Shown here piece by piece: positions 45,906-53,220 of a DNA stretch of 64,000 nt. The translations under genes and the position numbers were made by a program. The notes below the pieces were generated by a model. The model ran no database searches and had not been told where the DNA came from. It worked only from the letters and a program-made list of their open reading frames with translations. Every line of letters starts with the position of its first letter. Position 1 is the first letter of the stretch. This DNA comes from a virus (Duplodnaviria > Heunggongvirae > Uroviricota > Caudoviricetes), in IMG/VR virus record IMGVR_UViG_3300009164_000055; one strand, written 5' to 3'.

Positions 45906-46947
45906 TTATGCTACTCCCGCCATCGTTTAATTGAATAATATTTGTTTTTCCATTATCAGTGAATGATATATTTAGGTTTGATGTTTTTTCTGTAAGGATC
46001 GATGCCGTATTGTTTTGAATTCTAGTAAACTGGATAGTAACCTGTTCAACAAATGTGTATATCTTTGTTGTGCTATCAAGACCAAAATTTGTACCAATCA
46101 ATCGAATATTATCTTTAGTAACTTCTCCACCTTCAGAATATGTTAAATCATCCTCAAAAAAGTTTACATCAAGTCTATTGATACTAAGATCATTGTCGTT
46201 GATATCATTCTTTTCAAGTTCATCGTTCTTTAGGAAGTCAATATCTAGTTCTGATAGATCAAGAATATTGGCTCTTTTATCAACTATATCCTGTTGTTTA
46301 ACCACATCTGGTGGAGACACGATCAACATATTGTCGATCATGCTTAGGTCTAGGTTGAGAATGACAGGTTTTGTTGGTGGTGTATCAGCCGTCAGAACAA
46401 TAGTTGATTGAAAGGCTTTATCTAAAATAACAGTCCCTGCACTATTCGACACAGTAATCTGCCCAACATGACCGTTTTCTTCTGGTAGAAGAATAAACAG
46501 GCTCTTACCCATTTCATCTACGGTTGTTGTGAAATCTGTTCCTCTAACCGCTATGGTAGCAGTAGGAGTTTTAAGGTTGATACCTTTCTTACCCATGGAA
46601 CCAGTTACGAACCTAGCAGTACCTGAAGCAAATCGAAGATTCATCTTTCCTTTACTAGCATCGCCATCATAAACAAAATCATCGATCACAAGCTTTGATT
46701 GTTCTGTGAGTTTAACCTTAGTGTTGTCAACAAATGTTATTTCGATGCGACCATTACCAGTACGCACGTTATCCATTTTTTGCACAGGTAAGCGAGGCTG
46801 TGTAGGAATTTTTTGTGTTTTCCTAACAACCTCGCTTGGTCCTCTTAGCTCAGTAACACTGCCAATATTAGCAGTTGCCGCTATTGCATTGTGTGATGTT
46901 AATAATACCACCAGTAGCAGTAGTATTAAGTTTAATCGTATCCACAT
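45886..46947 (-). CDS. FecR-domain periplasmic protein
   Basis: signal peptide; FecR-like beta domain (GSVTELRGPSEV..., MGKSLFILLPEENGHVG); start overlaps curlin gene by ~80 nt so start codon uncertain. Confidence 0.5.
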   Translation of the reverse strand: MWIRLNLILLLLVVLLTSHNAIAATANIGSVTELRGPSEVVRKTQKIPTQPRLPVQKMDNVRTGNGRIEITFVDNTKVKLTEQSKLVIDDFVYDGDASKGKMNLRFASGTARFVTGSMGKKGINLKTPTATIAVRGTDFTTTVDEMGKSLFILLPEENGHVGQITVSNSAGTVILDKAFQSTIVLTADTPPTKPVILNLDLSMIDNMLIVSPPDVVKQQDIVDKRANILDLSELDIDFLKNDELEKNDINDNDLSINRLDVNFFEDDLTYSEGGEVTKDNIRLIGTNFGLDSTTKIYTFVEQVTIQFTRIQNNTASILTEKTSNLNISFTDNGKTNIIQLNDGGSSIIVSQQN

Positions 46948-47572
46948 TCAATGTACTCTTCTGATCGATATTAATAGTATTCAATGAACCTAGTACGTTC
47001 ATATCGATGTTCTTACCAGCATAACCAGTTTGAGTAGTTGTAATGGTATTTTGATCACCAGTTACGTTTATTGTATTGGTAACATCATCTGTATTGATAT
47101 TTGCCAGTAATGTATTATAGTCTCCTGAGATTACATAATTCAGAAGAGCATTTGTTGCTGATGAATAATCACCATGATTAAATGTTGTTTTATTGTTATC
47201 ACCAGTAATTGTCATATTTTGGGTTGTACCTGCAACAGAAGCACTACTGCCTGTGTTGAAGATATTTTCGTTAGAATTACCAGTAATATTAAGGTTATAA
47301 TTCACACCAGATGCATTTGTTATACGTCCAGTAAGAATGTTGTTTGAACCAGTTTGAGTAATAGTGATATCTTGTGAGTTTCCTTCAAGATTAAATCTAT
47401 TATTTTCAGAACCGATCTTATTATCTTGGCCTGTTTGCGTTACTGTTATCTTACTTGTTTCGCCTACTTGCTCAATATAGATTGCGTTTGGATTTGCAAT
47501 CGCTGTGGATGAAATCATGACCATCAAGAGTGATAACATCTTGATTTTCTTTAACATATCTTTTAACTCCAA
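46868..47572 (-). CDS. curlin-repeat (CsgA/CsgB-like) secreted protein
   Basis: signal peptide then imperfect repeats TVTQTGQDNKIGS / ITITQTGSNNILTG / MTITGDNNKTT / INVTGDQNTITTTQTGYAGKN resembling S-x5-Q-x-G-x-G-N curlin repeats. Confidence 0.5.
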   Translation of the reverse strand: MELKDMLKKIKMLSLLMVMISSTAIANPNAIYIEQVGETSKITVTQTGQDNKIGSENNRFNLEGNSQDITITQTGSNNILTGRITNASGVNYNLNITGNSNENIFNTGSSASVAGTTQNMTITGDNNKTTFNHGDYSSATNALLNYVISGDYNTLLANINTDDVTNTINVTGDQNTITTTQTGYAGKNIDMNVLGSLNTINIDQKSTLNVDTIKLNTTATGGIINITQCNSGNC

Positions 47573-48330
47573 TATCCCTTAATTCTGCCTTGTTTGATTA
47601 GTTCGACTACTGCCGCTTCAATTGTCATCTTAACCGCAATCGTGTTTGCTTCATTTTCGGTTATACCTACTTCTGTTTCAACAAGTTTGGTTCCTACATC
47701 AATAAATTTAAATAATGTAAAGTCTGTACCAGTTGAAAGGATTGTTTTTGAAACCTGTACGTTCATAATGACTTCGCCAGTGTTTGTTGAAACCGCCCTT
47801 AGTGCTACTGTTACTTGGTCTTTGCGATATTTTGTGCTTGAACCGATACCAAGATATCTGGCTCCAGCACCACCAGTAACAATATTGGTATCGTAACCAA
47901 TAATGCCACCTTGAATCATTATTCCTGCAAAGACTAAAGGTTCAAGCTTATTAGCGCCTTCACCTTGGTATTCTTCACGAGTTTGACGAACAATTTGACG
48001 TTCTTTAGTAAGATCGTCTATTCTTTGACGTTCGACAACTCTAAACCACTTTCCACGTCCAGCATTTTTCAATGCATCAATTAATAAACTTGTTCCGCCT
48101 TGAGTTACGGAAGTTGAAAATGTCGCTACACCATCTTTATCTTTTCTTTGACCTGTAAGATCAGGAAAGTCATACACAGCTACTACTGCTGGCATTTGTG
48201 GTGGTCTAATATCTAACAGTGGCTTATATGCCACACTATCAACAACAGGTAAATTTCTGTTGAAGTCATGTAGAGCAGGGGTTGCACAACCACCTAGCAA
48301 TAGTAATAATGCTAAACCTATGCTTTTCAT
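47563..48330 (-). CDS. csgG: curli production assembly/transport lipoprotein CsgG
   Basis: lipobox LLGGC; long blocks align with E. coli CsgG (VAVYDFPDLTGQ..., FSTSV...LLIDALK, MIQGGIIGYDTNIVTGGAGARYLGIGSSTKY...SKTILS...FKFID). Confidence 0.85.
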   Translation of the reverse strand: MKSIGLALLLLLGGCATPALHDFNRNLPVVDSVAYKPLLDIRPPQMPAVVAVYDFPDLTGQRKDKDGVATFSTSVTQGGTSLLIDALKNAGRGKWFRVVERQRIDDLTKERQIVRQTREEYQGEGANKLEPLVFAGIMIQGGIIGYDTNIVTGGAGARYLGIGSSTKYRKDQVTVALRAVSTNTGEVIMNVQVSKTILSTGTDFTLFKFIDVGTKLVETEVGITENEANTIAVKMTIEAAVVELIKQGRIKGYWS

Positions 48331-48854
48331 TAGAATTTAAATGACCCTGCTGTTGGAATGGTGATTGAAGTTGATGTACCATCTGGCTGTGTTATTGTCA
48401 GTGTTATACCATTTAAGTCTTTTTGAAATGCAACGGTATTTCCATCAAGCTCAAAGGTTCCTGAATCCTGTGCGTTTGGACCGAAAAGACTATCTGTCAG
48501 TTGTTTGGCTAGTTGAGAATATATACGAGACTGCAAATTGGTCATGAATTTGTTCATGATTGAATTTTGCTCAGCTTGAACTGCTGCTTTCAAATCTGAT
48601 TCAATTTTGTCTTGAATTGTTTTACGTCTGGTTGCTTCTTGATTTTCAATTGTTAACCAATGTGCAGAAGTGCCAACTCCACTAAATGAAGGGCTTTTGA
48701 ATTGCTGAACAATTTCTGTGGAATGTGCAGGACTACTTAGAAACAGTAGGCTTGCTAGTATCAGGCTCTTTCTTAGCAACTTCTTCTTCCTTTTTCTTTT
48801 TATTATTTTCAGAAGAAAGATCGAATTCAAGTTTGAAGATTTTGATGATTTCAA
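48330..48854 (-). CDS. csgF: CsgF-like curli assembly protein
   Basis: signal peptide then EIVQQFKSPSFSG (cf. CsgF TMTFQFRNPNFGG) and C-terminal ITLTITQPDGTSTSITIP (cf. LNVTDRKTGQTSTIQVSG). Confidence 0.55.
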   Translation of the reverse strand: MKSSKSSNLNSIFLLKIIKRKRKKKLLRKSLILASLLFLSSPAHSTEIVQQFKSPSFSGVGTSAHWLTIENQEATRRKTIQDKIESDLKAAVQAEQNSIMNKFMTNLQSRIYSQLAKQLTDSLFGPNAQDSGTFELDGNTVAFQKDLNGITLTITQPDGTSTSITIPTAGSFKF

Positions 48855-49114
48855 TTTTTAGGCTTATAATCACCGTGATCTTCCTTTATCTGTAGTACTA
48901 CATTCACCTTCTGGTTCAACCGAATGAGGTCATTGTCCAACATGCGAACACGATCAATCAGTGCGATTAAAATAACATTGGTTTCGCCAATCAACGGCAT
49001 TAATTTATCTGTAACAAACTTATAGATGAAGAATACGAAATATCCCATACCGACTGCGGCAACAATTGGGAATCCATATTGCTTCACAAATTGAGCAATT
49101 AGATCGGGTGACAT
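48851..49114 (-). CDS. small single-TM protein (paralog of next gene)
   Basis: shares D.I....GFPI.AA...G.F.....I...L.....I..L..RV....D.IR pattern with 49114..49401. Confidence 0.4.
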   Translation of the reverse strand: MSPDLIAQFVKQYGFPIVAAVGMGYFVFFIYKFVTDKLMPLIGETNVILIALIDRVRMLDNDLIRLNQKVNVVLQIKEDHGDYKPKN

Positions 49115-49401
49115 TAGTCTCTCCTAGCATCGTTCTTCCCGTCTGCTCGTGCAATTCTTTCAAGATCAGGCTTAAGACCTAATGCAGAACTTACTACGGC
49201 ATCAACACGGATAATATCATGGTTCATTGTTTTGACTCGATTATCGAGTCCCATAATAATACCCTGCATTCCTTTGATGGCTTTGAGGACGCTTTCTAGG
49301 ATGTAGTTAATAACAAAGTACACGAAGACACCACCCAACAACGCTGCTGCGATGGGGAACCCTACGTCACCAATCAGTTTGAATATAACATCGTATCCCA
49401 T
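49114..49401 (-). CDS. small single-TM protein, first gene of minus-strand operon
   Basis: ORF-track TTG start (49554) trimmed to ATG giving paralog-length product. Confidence 0.35.
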   Translation of the reverse strand: MGYDVIFKLIGDVGFPIAAALLGGVFVYFVINYILESVLKAIKGMQGIIMGLDNRVKTMNHDIIRVDAVVSSALGLKPDLERIARADGKNDARRD

Positions 49402-49673
49402 GCTTATATTTATGCAAATGGCATCTTTGTATGTAGCATACGAAAAAAAAAAAGTTGACAATCCATTTTTTTCTGCTATTTGCGTCTCAACTTGTATAAA
49501 TAAATGTAAGAAACTATTTACTAAGAAAGACTTAAAGTGCAACTCACCTATCAACCCATTATGAAAGATATGAAACCAGCCAGTTCATTCGAACATGGCC
49601 GCTTTGCGTCTGTCAATAATGGTGCGTGGACAGATGAGATGTAACTGAAGTACGACATAAGTATAACTTGTCA

Positions 49674-49705
49674 AGCTTCGGTCCACAAAACCGGAGCTTT
49701 TTTTT
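49674..49705 (+). terminator. rho-independent terminator AGCTTCGG...CCGGAGCT + T8
   Basis: 8-bp stem incl. one G-U, then TTTTTTTT. Confidence 0.55.
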
Positions 49706-49716
49706 ATGATAGTGGG

Positions 49717-49744
49717 TTGACACTGATGGAACGAAACGTATAAT
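49717..49744 (+). promoter_or_regulatory. sigma70 consensus promoter TTGACA-N16-TATAAT driving tRNA array
   Basis: 12 nt upstream of first tRNA. Confidence 0.55.
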
Positions 49745-49756
49745 ACAACCCATAAC

Positions 49757-49832
49757 GCCGCTATAGCTCAGTTGGTAGAGCGTCTGCCTTGTAAGCAGAA
49801 TGTCTGGGGTTCGATTCCTCATGGCGGCACCA
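49757..49832 (+). tRNA. tRNA-Thr (anticodon TGT)
   Basis: cloverleaf by eye; GCTCAGTTGGTAGAGC D-arm, GGTTCGATTCC T-arm, CCA encoded. Confidence 0.7.
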
Positions 49833-49839
49833 GAATTTC

Positions 49840-49915
49840 GGGGACTTAGCTCAGTTGGGAGAGCGATAGCTTTGCAAGCTATAGGTCAAGGGTTCGATCC
49901 CCTTAGTCTCCACCA
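49840..49915 (+). tRNA. tRNA-Ala (TGC)
   Basis: acceptor GGGGACT/AGTCTCC incl. G3-U70, anticodon loop TTTGCAA. Confidence 0.7.
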
Positions 49916-49985
49916 AGTTAGGGGTTGACGTTTAATAAGCACGGATGTAATGTAATTGAATGTTGGCTTCGACAAAATAGATTAT

Positions 49986-50064
49986 AGCGGGATAGAGGAG
50001 TATGGCCGTCCTCGCCAGTTTCATAAGCTGGAAATCGTCGGTTCAAATCCGGCTCCCGCAACCA
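49986..50064 (+). tRNA. initiator tRNA-fMet (CAT)
   Basis: 3' half ATCGTCGGTTCAAATCCGGCTCCCGCAACCA nearly identical to E. coli tRNA-fMet; 1-72 mismatch (A·A). Confidence 0.65.
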
Positions 50065-50103
50065 ATCTATGCTCTTTGACATTGTTAGAAACGTAATATT
50101 TTA

Positions 50104-50180
50104 CGGGGATTAGCGCAGTCCGGTAGCGCACCTGCTTTGGGAGCAGGGGGTCGTAGGTTCGAATCCTACATTCCCGACCA
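50104..50180 (+). tRNA. tRNA-Pro (TGG)
   Basis: anticodon loop TTTGGGA, T-arm GTAGGTTCGAATCCTAC. Confidence 0.7.
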
Positions 50181-50310
50181 TTAAGTTTTCTTGTTTTTCC
50201 TTTAAAAAACAAGTGGTGGATCGCAGAATTAGATGCTAATTCGGCCCCAAATGTGGTGTATGCCAAAGACCATTGAAAGAGATGGGCAGCGAATGGGAGC
50301 TTCGCAGTAT

Positions 50311-50386
50311 GGTGGCTGTAGCTCAGAGGCAGAGCGTTGGGTTGTGAACCCAAATGTCGGGATTTCGAAACTCCTCAGTCACCCCA
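50311..50386 (+). tRNA. tRNA-His (GTG) with encoded G-1
   Basis: G-1 opposite C73, anticodon loop TTGTGAA; T-arm GGGATTTCGAAACTCCT imperfect. Confidence 0.55.
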
Positions 50387-50387
50387 T

Positions 50388-50465
50388 GTCGGTGTAGCTT
50401 AGCCCGGTCTAAAGCAACGGTCTCCAAAACCGTGATCGTGAGTTCGAATCTCACCACCTTCGCCA
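50388..50465 (+). tRNA. tRNA-Trp (CCA)
   Basis: anticodon arm ACGGTCTCCAAAACCGT identical to E. coli tRNA-Trp; acceptor stem shows two mismatches as read. Confidence 0.5.
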
Positions 50466-50487
50466 TTTTTTAAACAATAGGTGATTT

Positions 50488-50925
50488 ATGATTGAAGAAG
50501 CAAAACAGGCAATCTTGGCATCAAGTCAAAGTTCTTCTGTTTACATCGGTGCTGACAGCATCCGTTACAAAAAAGACGGTAAGTGGTATGCTAAGTATTC
50601 GACTGTGATTGTTCTTCACATAGATTCTAAGCGGGGCTGCAAACTATTCCATAACAGCGTTGATTTGCCAGACTATGGCAACTTAAAACAACGCTTGCTA
50701 ACAGAAGTTGGATATGCTATTGAAGCAGCAATCGAGATTATTGATGTGGTTGGTAAACGTCATTTGGAAGTTCATATTGACGTTAATCCAAATCCAAAGC
50801 ATAAATCTTCTGTTGCAATCAAGGAAGCCTTGGGTTATGTTAAGGGTTCACTTGGTATAGATGCTATTCCAAAGCCAAATGGATGGGCAGCTACTCATGC
50901 TGCTGACCATATGGCAAGACACTAA
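50488..50925 (+). CDS. RNase H-like fold protein (YkuK/DUF458-like) embedded in tRNA array
   Basis: VYIGADS...KYSTVIVLH pattern reminiscent of DUF458; 145 aa. Confidence 0.35.
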   Translation: MIEEAKQAILASSQSSSVYIGADSIRYKKDGKWYAKYSTVIVLHIDSKRGCKLFHNSVDLPDYGNLKQRLLTEVGYAIEAAIEIIDVVGKRHLEVHIDVNPNPKHKSSVAIKEALGYVKGSLGIDAIPKPNGWAATHAADHMARH

Positions 50926-50930
50926 ATAAT

Positions 50931-51005
50931 GCCTGATTAGCTCAGCGGTAGAGCAAATCCTTTACACGGATAAGGTCGGCGGTTCAATCCCGTCATCAGG
51001 TACCA
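50931..51005 (+). tRNA. tRNA-Val (TAC)
   Basis: close to E. coli tRNA-Val1 3' half (GGTCGGCGGTTCAATCCCGTCATCA). Confidence 0.7.
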
Positions 51006-51013
51006 AAGTTCAT

Positions 51014-51088
51014 TCCCTGATAGCTCAATGGTAGAGCTTTCGGCTGTTAACCGGACGGTTGTAGGTTCGAGTCCTACTCAGGGAGCCA
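51014..51088 (+). tRNA. tRNA-Asn (GTT)
   Basis: anticodon loop CTGTTAA; acceptor TCCCTGA/TCAGGGA. Confidence 0.7.
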
Positions 51089-51444
51089 GAGTTTAGTGAG
51101 TGTTATAGTTAGACGGCACTGTGTGTAAACTAATCGATTGTTGTAACACAGTAAAAGATGACGGTGCAAGTACGCAACATAGATAAACCATCTGCTCTCT
51201 ATCAATTTATAACGTACCCTAAGAACGCAAGTTCAATAGCAGAGGCGCTGATAAATTCTGCATAATGCTCCATTGTTGGGTTGGAGGCTCACTAATTCAA
51301 GTTTACTAGGCGGGTGCAGTACACCGTAAGTCCTCAGAAGTTGGGGAATGGCAAAGTGCTCAACGGCTATACAACTACTATTGTATAGCAACTGTAGTAG
51401 CAGTGTTGATGTGGTGCAAGTCCATACGTTCCCCTCATTTTAAT

Positions 51445-51520
51445 GGATCGTTAGCTCAATCGGGAGAGCACCGCACTGTCCATGCGGAGGTAAGGGGATC
51501 GAAACCCCTACGATTCGCCA
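51445..51520 (+). tRNA. tRNA-Asp (GTC), non-canonical T-loop ATCGAAA
   Basis: anticodon loop CTGTCCA; T-arm AGGGG-ATCGAAA-CCCCT (A at position 54). Confidence 0.55.
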
Positions 51521-51525
51521 TCAAT

Positions 51526-51600
51526 GGCCCTGTCGTCTAGTGGCTAGGACGCTAGGTTTTCAACCTAGAGAAGCGGGATCGAAACCCGTCAGGGCTACCA
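51526..51600 (+). tRNA. tRNA-Glu (TTC), 3-bp D-stem, T-loop ATCGAAA
   Basis: anticodon loop TTTTCAA. Confidence 0.55.
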
Positions 51601-51622
51601 TTTTTTAAGGTTGACAAACGAT

Positions 51623-51793
51623 ATGGATAACGATAATAAAGAAGCCGTATTGCTTAGTTTAAAGGAACGTAAAACTGCATGTTGGGCAATGGCTAAAGTG
51701 TTTCTCTTGAATGAAGATGCACACGGCGTTCACGACATGGGAGTTGAAATTCAAGCTTTAGACAGAGCAATCAAAGAGATTGAAAGTCTTTAA
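51623..51793 (+). CDS. doubtful small ORF (56 aa) without RBS, overlapping a TTGACA-N17-TAATAA promoter-like site
   Basis: ORF track 51611..51793 trimmed to ATG; may be non-coding. Confidence 0.2.
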   Translation: MDNDNKEAVLLSLKERKTACWAMAKVFLLNEDAHGVHDMGVEIQALDRAIKEIESL

Positions 51794-51800
51794 AGTTTAG

Positions 51801-51883
51801 GGTGACTAAAGTCGATAGTTTCGGCAATCGGTCTGTAAAACCGATCTTTCGGGGAGTGGAGCGTAACCACAGTCACCCACCAA
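51801..51883 (+). pseudogene. tRNA-Tyr-like degenerate element (acceptor GGTGACT/AGTCACC, anticodon arm with CTGTAAA loop, no T-arm)
   Basis: anticodon loop identical to E. coli tRNA-Tyr; 3' tail ...AGTCACCCACCA; lacks recognisable T-loop. Confidence 0.3.
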
Positions 51884-51910
51884 GTTTTTTGAGATAGTGA
51901 AAAATAGTTG

Positions 51911-51939
51911 TTGATATAAAGACAACGAATCACTATATT
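51911..51939 (+). promoter_or_regulatory. early-type promoter TTGATA-N17(…CGAATCAC)-TATATT in front of the large ORF-free region
   Basis: shares CGAATCAC spacer element with P1-P6 family. Confidence 0.4.
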
Positions 51940-51945
51940 GAGTTC

Positions 51946-53090
51946 AACAAAGAGATAAATGGCGGTGTAGCGTCAATAGGGTAAGGTCGGGTAACTGATC
52001 CCAAAGCAAGTTCTCCTACAGAACTGCGCCAGTGATGGTCCATCTATGCAAGCCTGAACAAACCCGAAAGGGTCCGTCAGTAGAATGGCGGTAGGCATTA
52101 AGTGCTGGTCGAAGGTCCGAAAGGATAGGTTACAGAGCCACATCGGTGAGTAGCTAAATGGGGTGGTACCCATACCAAGTCAAACCAACAGTACGATTGC
52201 TGAATGTTAACAGGTAGTTATTGAGTCTGACCCTGCAAGGAAAGGCAAGATAGCAGTCACAAAGTTGAAGGGATGACCGGAGACTTGAAGGATCGTTGAG
52301 TAGTTCGCAAGACGAAAGACAGGAGGTGTGCAGTATTTTGTATCCCAAAAGGATATGAAGCAGCAGTAGCAGCACATCTTGGTAGGTTTCTTACTTTGCA
52401 CAAACTTTAGGTGTCTGATCGCAAATCAAACAAAAAAAAGCAAAGTCTGCTACGGTACTATGTGAAAGGTGCTTAATACCACACTCGAAAGGGAATGTGG
52501 TTCATGGATACTCGCAAGGTTGAAGTGATTGTTCGGATTGAAAACGTAAGAGCTTAGCGGCTCCTAACTGCTCGTAAGGTAGACGGAAGATTGAGGGATG
52601 AATAGCATAGTATGACAGGTCAAACGCCAGACCTTAAAAAAGGCAGCACTGAGAGATACTAGATGACTGTAAAAAGCTCTAGTGGATAACGAGTTAACAA
52701 TCCTCGCAAGGGACTTGGTACGGCTCAAAGGCTCTCATATGAAGCAGTAATCTCATGCTTCTCAAAGACTTTTTAGATGAACACATTCTATAAGACTTAC
52801 GGCCTTCGGGTACGCTTGAGTGTGTTCTTCTAAAAAGTTTTGATGAACACACCAAACAGGACGCTGGCTCGTTGAAGTATTTGGGGGAAGTAGCTGCCCT
52901 TGGGTATGGAGAGATGAGTGTGTTCTTCTAAACTTTTTAAATCTACTCTGCTGGGGGTAGCAGTGTATGGACGCATACACTATGTGAGGATAGGGCCATC
53001 TTACCCTCACTGACATAACCCTAGCAATGGCTTAGGACAGGAAGCACCTGACTCCGAAATTCGCTCATGAGCAGAGTAGATTTAAATAGT
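51946..53090 (+). ncRNA. candidate large structured non-coding RNA (~1.15 kb, GNRA-tetraloop-rich, GC-enriched; GOLLD/ROOL-class or novel)
   Basis: no + strand ORF >=60 aa across 1.3 kb in an otherwise tightly packed genome; many C(n)GAAAG(n) / CGCAAG hairpins; 17-bp long-range inverted repeat 52936-52952 / 53069-53085; flanked by tRNAs. Confidence 0.45.
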
Positions 53091-53094
53091 TTAT

Positions 53095-53169
53095 GCCAGT
53101 ATAGCTCAGCGGTAGAGTACGGGACTCATATTCCCTTGGTCGCTAGTTCGATCCTAGCTACTGGTACCA
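53095..53169 (+). tRNA. tRNA with CAT anticodon, tRNA-Ile2 (lysidine) type more likely than elongator Met
   Basis: ACTCATATTCCCTTGGTCGCTAGTTCGATCC resembles E. coli tRNA-Ile2 (TTGGTC variable loop). Confidence 0.55.
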
Positions 53170-53220
53170 ATTTGTGGATTATTTTACAACTATATACAAT
53201 GTCTTTATATAAAGGAAATT

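Noticed and set aside
49561-49644. 27-codon + strand ORF upstream of the tRNA-array terminator
   Set aside because: It is too short, has no RBS and lies in the divergent promoter region of the minus-strand operon.
49613-50353. Minus-strand ORFs 49613..49822 and 50021..50353 (69 and 110 aa)
   Set aside because: They lie antisense across tRNA-Thr/Ala and tRNA-Met/Pro/His respectively. Their composition is driven by tRNA sequence, and there are no RBS.
51973-53016. Minus-strand ORFs (66-84 aa) within the ORF-free region
   Set aside because: They have no RBS, odd composition and overlap each other. The region is better explained as structured RNA. Not excluded absolutely.
51946-53090. Group I or group II intron interpretation of the large non-coding region
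   Set aside because: It lies between genes, so there is no interrupted host gene. I could not locate the group II 5' GUGYG and domain V consensus, nor the group I P7 and P/Q/R/S elements, by eye. This remains an open alternative to test with Rfam models.
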